In this document: positions 60,719 to 64,000 of the stretch, in pieces
Position numbering within the stretch: position 1 is the first letter of the stretch
Layout: every line of letters begins with the position of its first letter
Source: the human T2T-CHM13v2.0 reference genome, Homo sapiens
Strand: one strand, 5' to 3'
Assembly (NCBI RefSeq): GCF_009914755.1
Contig: NC_060929.1
DNA length: 64,000 nt
The notes under the pieces: model-generated
What the model was told of the DNA's origin: nothing
The model's database searches: none
The model's input: the letters and a program-made list of their open reading frames with translations, nothing else
Program-made: the position numbers and the translations under genes

Positions 60719-63454
60719 TGAGCTTTTCTTTTATTGGGAGACTTTTCATTACTGATTCAGTCTCACTACTTGTAACTTCAGGTTTTCTATTTTTTCTTGA
60801 TTCAATTTTGATAGGTTTTATGTTTCCAGCTGTTTATTAATTTTGTTTAAGTATTCCAGTTTGTTAGCATATAGTTATTCATAATTGTTTCTAATAATCT
60901 TTTGTATTTCTATTCTATCAGTTGTAATGTCTCCTTTTTCATTTCTGATTTTGTTTATTTGGATTTTCCTTCTTTAATCTTCATTAGTCTAGCTAGTGAT
61001 ATGTCAATTTTATTTATCGTTTTGAAGAACCAAGCTTTTGTTTCATTGATTCTTTGAATTTTTTTAGTCTCTATTTCATTTAGTTCTACTCTGATATTTA
61101 TTACTTTTTGTTCTGCTAATTTTGGTTTGTTTTTTTCTTACTTTTTTAGTTTCTTAAAGGGTATTAGATTATTTAAATTTTTTTTCTACTTTTGCTATGT
61201 TATATTTGCATTTTAATTTGTTTTAAGAAATTTTTGATTTCCAACTTAATTTCTTCATTGACCCAATGACCTTTCAGGAGCATGTTGTTTAATTTCCACA
61301 TTTTTGTATAGTTTCCAAACTTCCTCTTGGTACTGATTTTTAGTTTTATTACATTATAGTTTGGGAAGATACTTGATGGGATTTTGATTTGTTAAATTTA
61401 GTGAGACTTATTTTGTGGCTTAACAGGTACTCTATCCTGGAGAATCTTCCATGTGCTGATAAGAATAATATATATTATATAGTTGTTGGATAAAATGTTT
61501 TGTAATATCTGTTAGGTCTAAAGCCCTGTTTAAATCCACCATTTCTTTGTTTATTTTTCTGTCTAGATGATGCTGTCTATGGCTGAAAGTGAATATTGAA
61601 GTCCCCAACTATTGTTGTATTAGCATCTATCTGTCTCTTTAGATCTATTAATATTTGCTTTATGAATCTGGATGCTCCAGTATTGGGTGCATATATATTT
61701 ATAATTATTTCCTCTAGTTGAATTGATCCTTTTATCACTATATAATGACCTTCTTTGTCTTTTTTTAACTTAAGTCTGTTTTATATTATAAAAGTATAGC
61801 CAATACTGCTTGCTTTTGGTTTTTGTTTGTGTGGAATATCTATTTTCATCCCTACTTAGAGTCTATATGTGTCTTCACCCATAAAGTGCATTGCTTGTAG
61901 GCAGTATATAGTTGGATCATGCTTCTTGATCTATTTAGCTATTCTATATATTTTAAGTGAACAATTTAATCTGTTTTTCATTCTTGGTAATTATTGATAT
62001 GTCAGGGCTTTTTGTCCTTGTCATATTTTTTATTGTTTTCTATATTCTTTGTTTCTTTCTTTTTTCTCTTATTGTTTGTCATTGTGGTCTGTTTTTTTCT
62101 GTAGTGGCATAATTTGAGTCTTTTCTCTTTCTCATTTGTGTGTTTGATTTACCCATGAGGTTTATACTTTCATGTGTTTTCATGATGATAAATGTCTTCC
62201 TTTCACTTTGAGGTTTAGAACTCCCTTTAGTATTTCTTGTAGTACCAGTCTAGTGGTGATAGATTCCCTTAGCATTTGCTTGTCTGGAAAAGAATTTATT
62301 TCTTCTTCATTTATTAAGGATATTTTTGTTGGTTGTAGTATTCTTGGGTGGCAGGTTTTTTTTTTTTCAGTTAGCCTTTTAAATATTACACTCATTCTCT
62401 TGGCCTATGAGGTTTCGGATGAGAAACCTACTGTTAGTTTATGGGAGTTCCTTTAATAGGCGACTAAACAATTTTACCTTGCTACTTTTGAATTCTTTCT
62501 TTTTCTTTGACTTTAAACAGTTTGGCTATCATATCGGGTGAAGATACCTTTTTGTGTTTTATGTGTTTGAGGATCATTGAGCCTCCTGTATCTGGATGTC
62601 TAAATATCTTACTAGACTTGGGAAGTTTTCATTTACTATTTCATCAAATAGGTTTTGTAACCCTTTTGTTTTCTCTTTGGTGTTGAGGACACCAATAATT
62701 TGCATATTTTGTCATTTTATGTTGTTGTAAATGTCACAAAGACTTTGTTCAATCATTGTTATTATTTTTCAAAAGACATGTCTTCAAGTTCTAAGATTCT
62801 TTCTTCTGCTTGATCTAGTCTATGGTTGAAGTTTTGAATGTATTTTGTATTTCATACAATAAATTCTTCAGTTGCAGGATTTCTATTTGGTTCATTTAAA
62901 AATTATTGATCTTGTTGGCAAATTTCTCACTCATATCTTGAATTAGTTTTCTGATTTCTCTGTATTGTATTTCAGAAGTCTCTCATATCTCACTGAACTT
63001 CTTTAAAACAGCATTTTTAATGTTTTATCTGAGATTTTTCACGAATTTCTTTTTGATTGGGATCTGCTGCTGGAGAATTATTGAGTTCCCTTGGAGGTGT
63101 TGTATTTCCTCAATTTTTCATGTTTCTTGTGTCCTCATGTTGAGGTCTACCCATCTAGTGTAACAGTCGCCCCTTCTAATTATTTGGATTTGCTTTTGTA
63201 GGGGAGGACATTTTCCTAAACATGGATATACATTGTTAGTTGAGTAGCAACTTTGGCTTTGATTTTATGTCTATGCAGTAGTTTGGTCTCTGTATGACTT
63301 CTTTAGCTTTAACCAGCTTTAGTGGTTAAATCTAAATCACAGCTATCTCTGATTTCCTTGGTGGTTTATGGTGCAGTTGTTAGTGGAGGCTGTGGTGAAG
63401 TTTTGCTGAGTCCATTCTCAGTGGATATATAGGAAGGCAGTTGCAAAGGGCACA

Positions 63455-64000
63455 AAAATTCAGAAAAAAATTTAAAGACTTTTAACGAAGACATAGAAAT
63501 AATAAAAAATCAAGTGGAAACCTTGGAAATGAGAAATACATTGGCTGACTGAAAATTTTATTAGAGACTTCCAACAGCGAAATGGATCCAGCAGAGGAAA
63601 AAATCAGTAAGCTAGGACACAGGATATTTGAAAACACACAGGCAGAGGGAAAAAAAGAAAAAGAAGATTGCCATATAAAAAATTACCTCAAAAGACCAGA
63701 TTTAAGAATTATTGGTGTTCAAGAAGGAGTTGAGCAAGAGCAAGTGGAAGAGCGCTTATTCAAAGCAATCATAACAGAAAACTTTTCAAAGCCTGAGAAA
63801 GATATAAATATCCAAGGAGAGGAAGATCAGAGAACACCAAACAGATCTGACCCAATTAAGAGGCATATAATAATAAAATTCTCAAAGGTCAAAAACAAAG
63901 AGAGAATTCTAAAAGCAGCAACAAATAGAAGCAAGAAACATAAAGGAGCTGCAATTCATCTGGCAACAGTCTTCTCAATGGAAACCATACAAGCCAGGAG
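63455..64000 (+). mobile_element. Old L1M ORF1 continuation (runs off the window)
   Basis: Degraded ORF1: AAGAATTATTGGTGTTCAAGAAGG, ACAGAAAACTTTTCAAAGC, GAGAGAATTCTAAAAGCAGC, GAAACCATACAAGCCAGGAG. Confidence 0.85.

Noticed and set aside
62170-64000. Twin-priming inversion of a single L1 (opposed ORF1 pieces)
   Set aside because: The + strand ORF1 continues the separate L1M whose 5' part lies at 54616-55582, so nesting explains it better.

Overview
Hominoid (human/great-ape-type; an SVA is present) genomic DNA, AT-rich and dominated by transposable elements. I find no convincing host protein-coding exon, RNA gene or prokaryote-type system; the longer ORFs in the track are fragments of L1, HERV-H, MaLR, SVA or Alu. 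Main contents: (1) a deleted HERV-H provirus (LTR7 x2, His-tRNA PBS, 5-bp TSD GTAAC, 20135-31851) inserted in an old L1M 3' end and itself interrupted at its polypurine tract by a full-length L1PA4-like element (+); (2) a second full-length L1PA5-like element (-) about 10.4 kb downstream, forming a tail-to-tail inverted pair; (3) a full-length MSTA-type MaLR; (4) a nested stack of L1M > L1MA > (SVA, AluSc, an orphan captured fragment). The most interesting signal is that the two inverted L1s have separate TSDs and different subfamily-diagnostic ends, yet share many non-consensus changes, including the same ORF2 frameshift and the same premature stop. This points to gene conversion between the arms and a candidate invertible 10-kb segment. 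Several small DNA-repair or template-switch scars are also visible. Subfamily names come from remembered consensus diagnostics read by eye and need RepeatMasker/Dfam confirmation.
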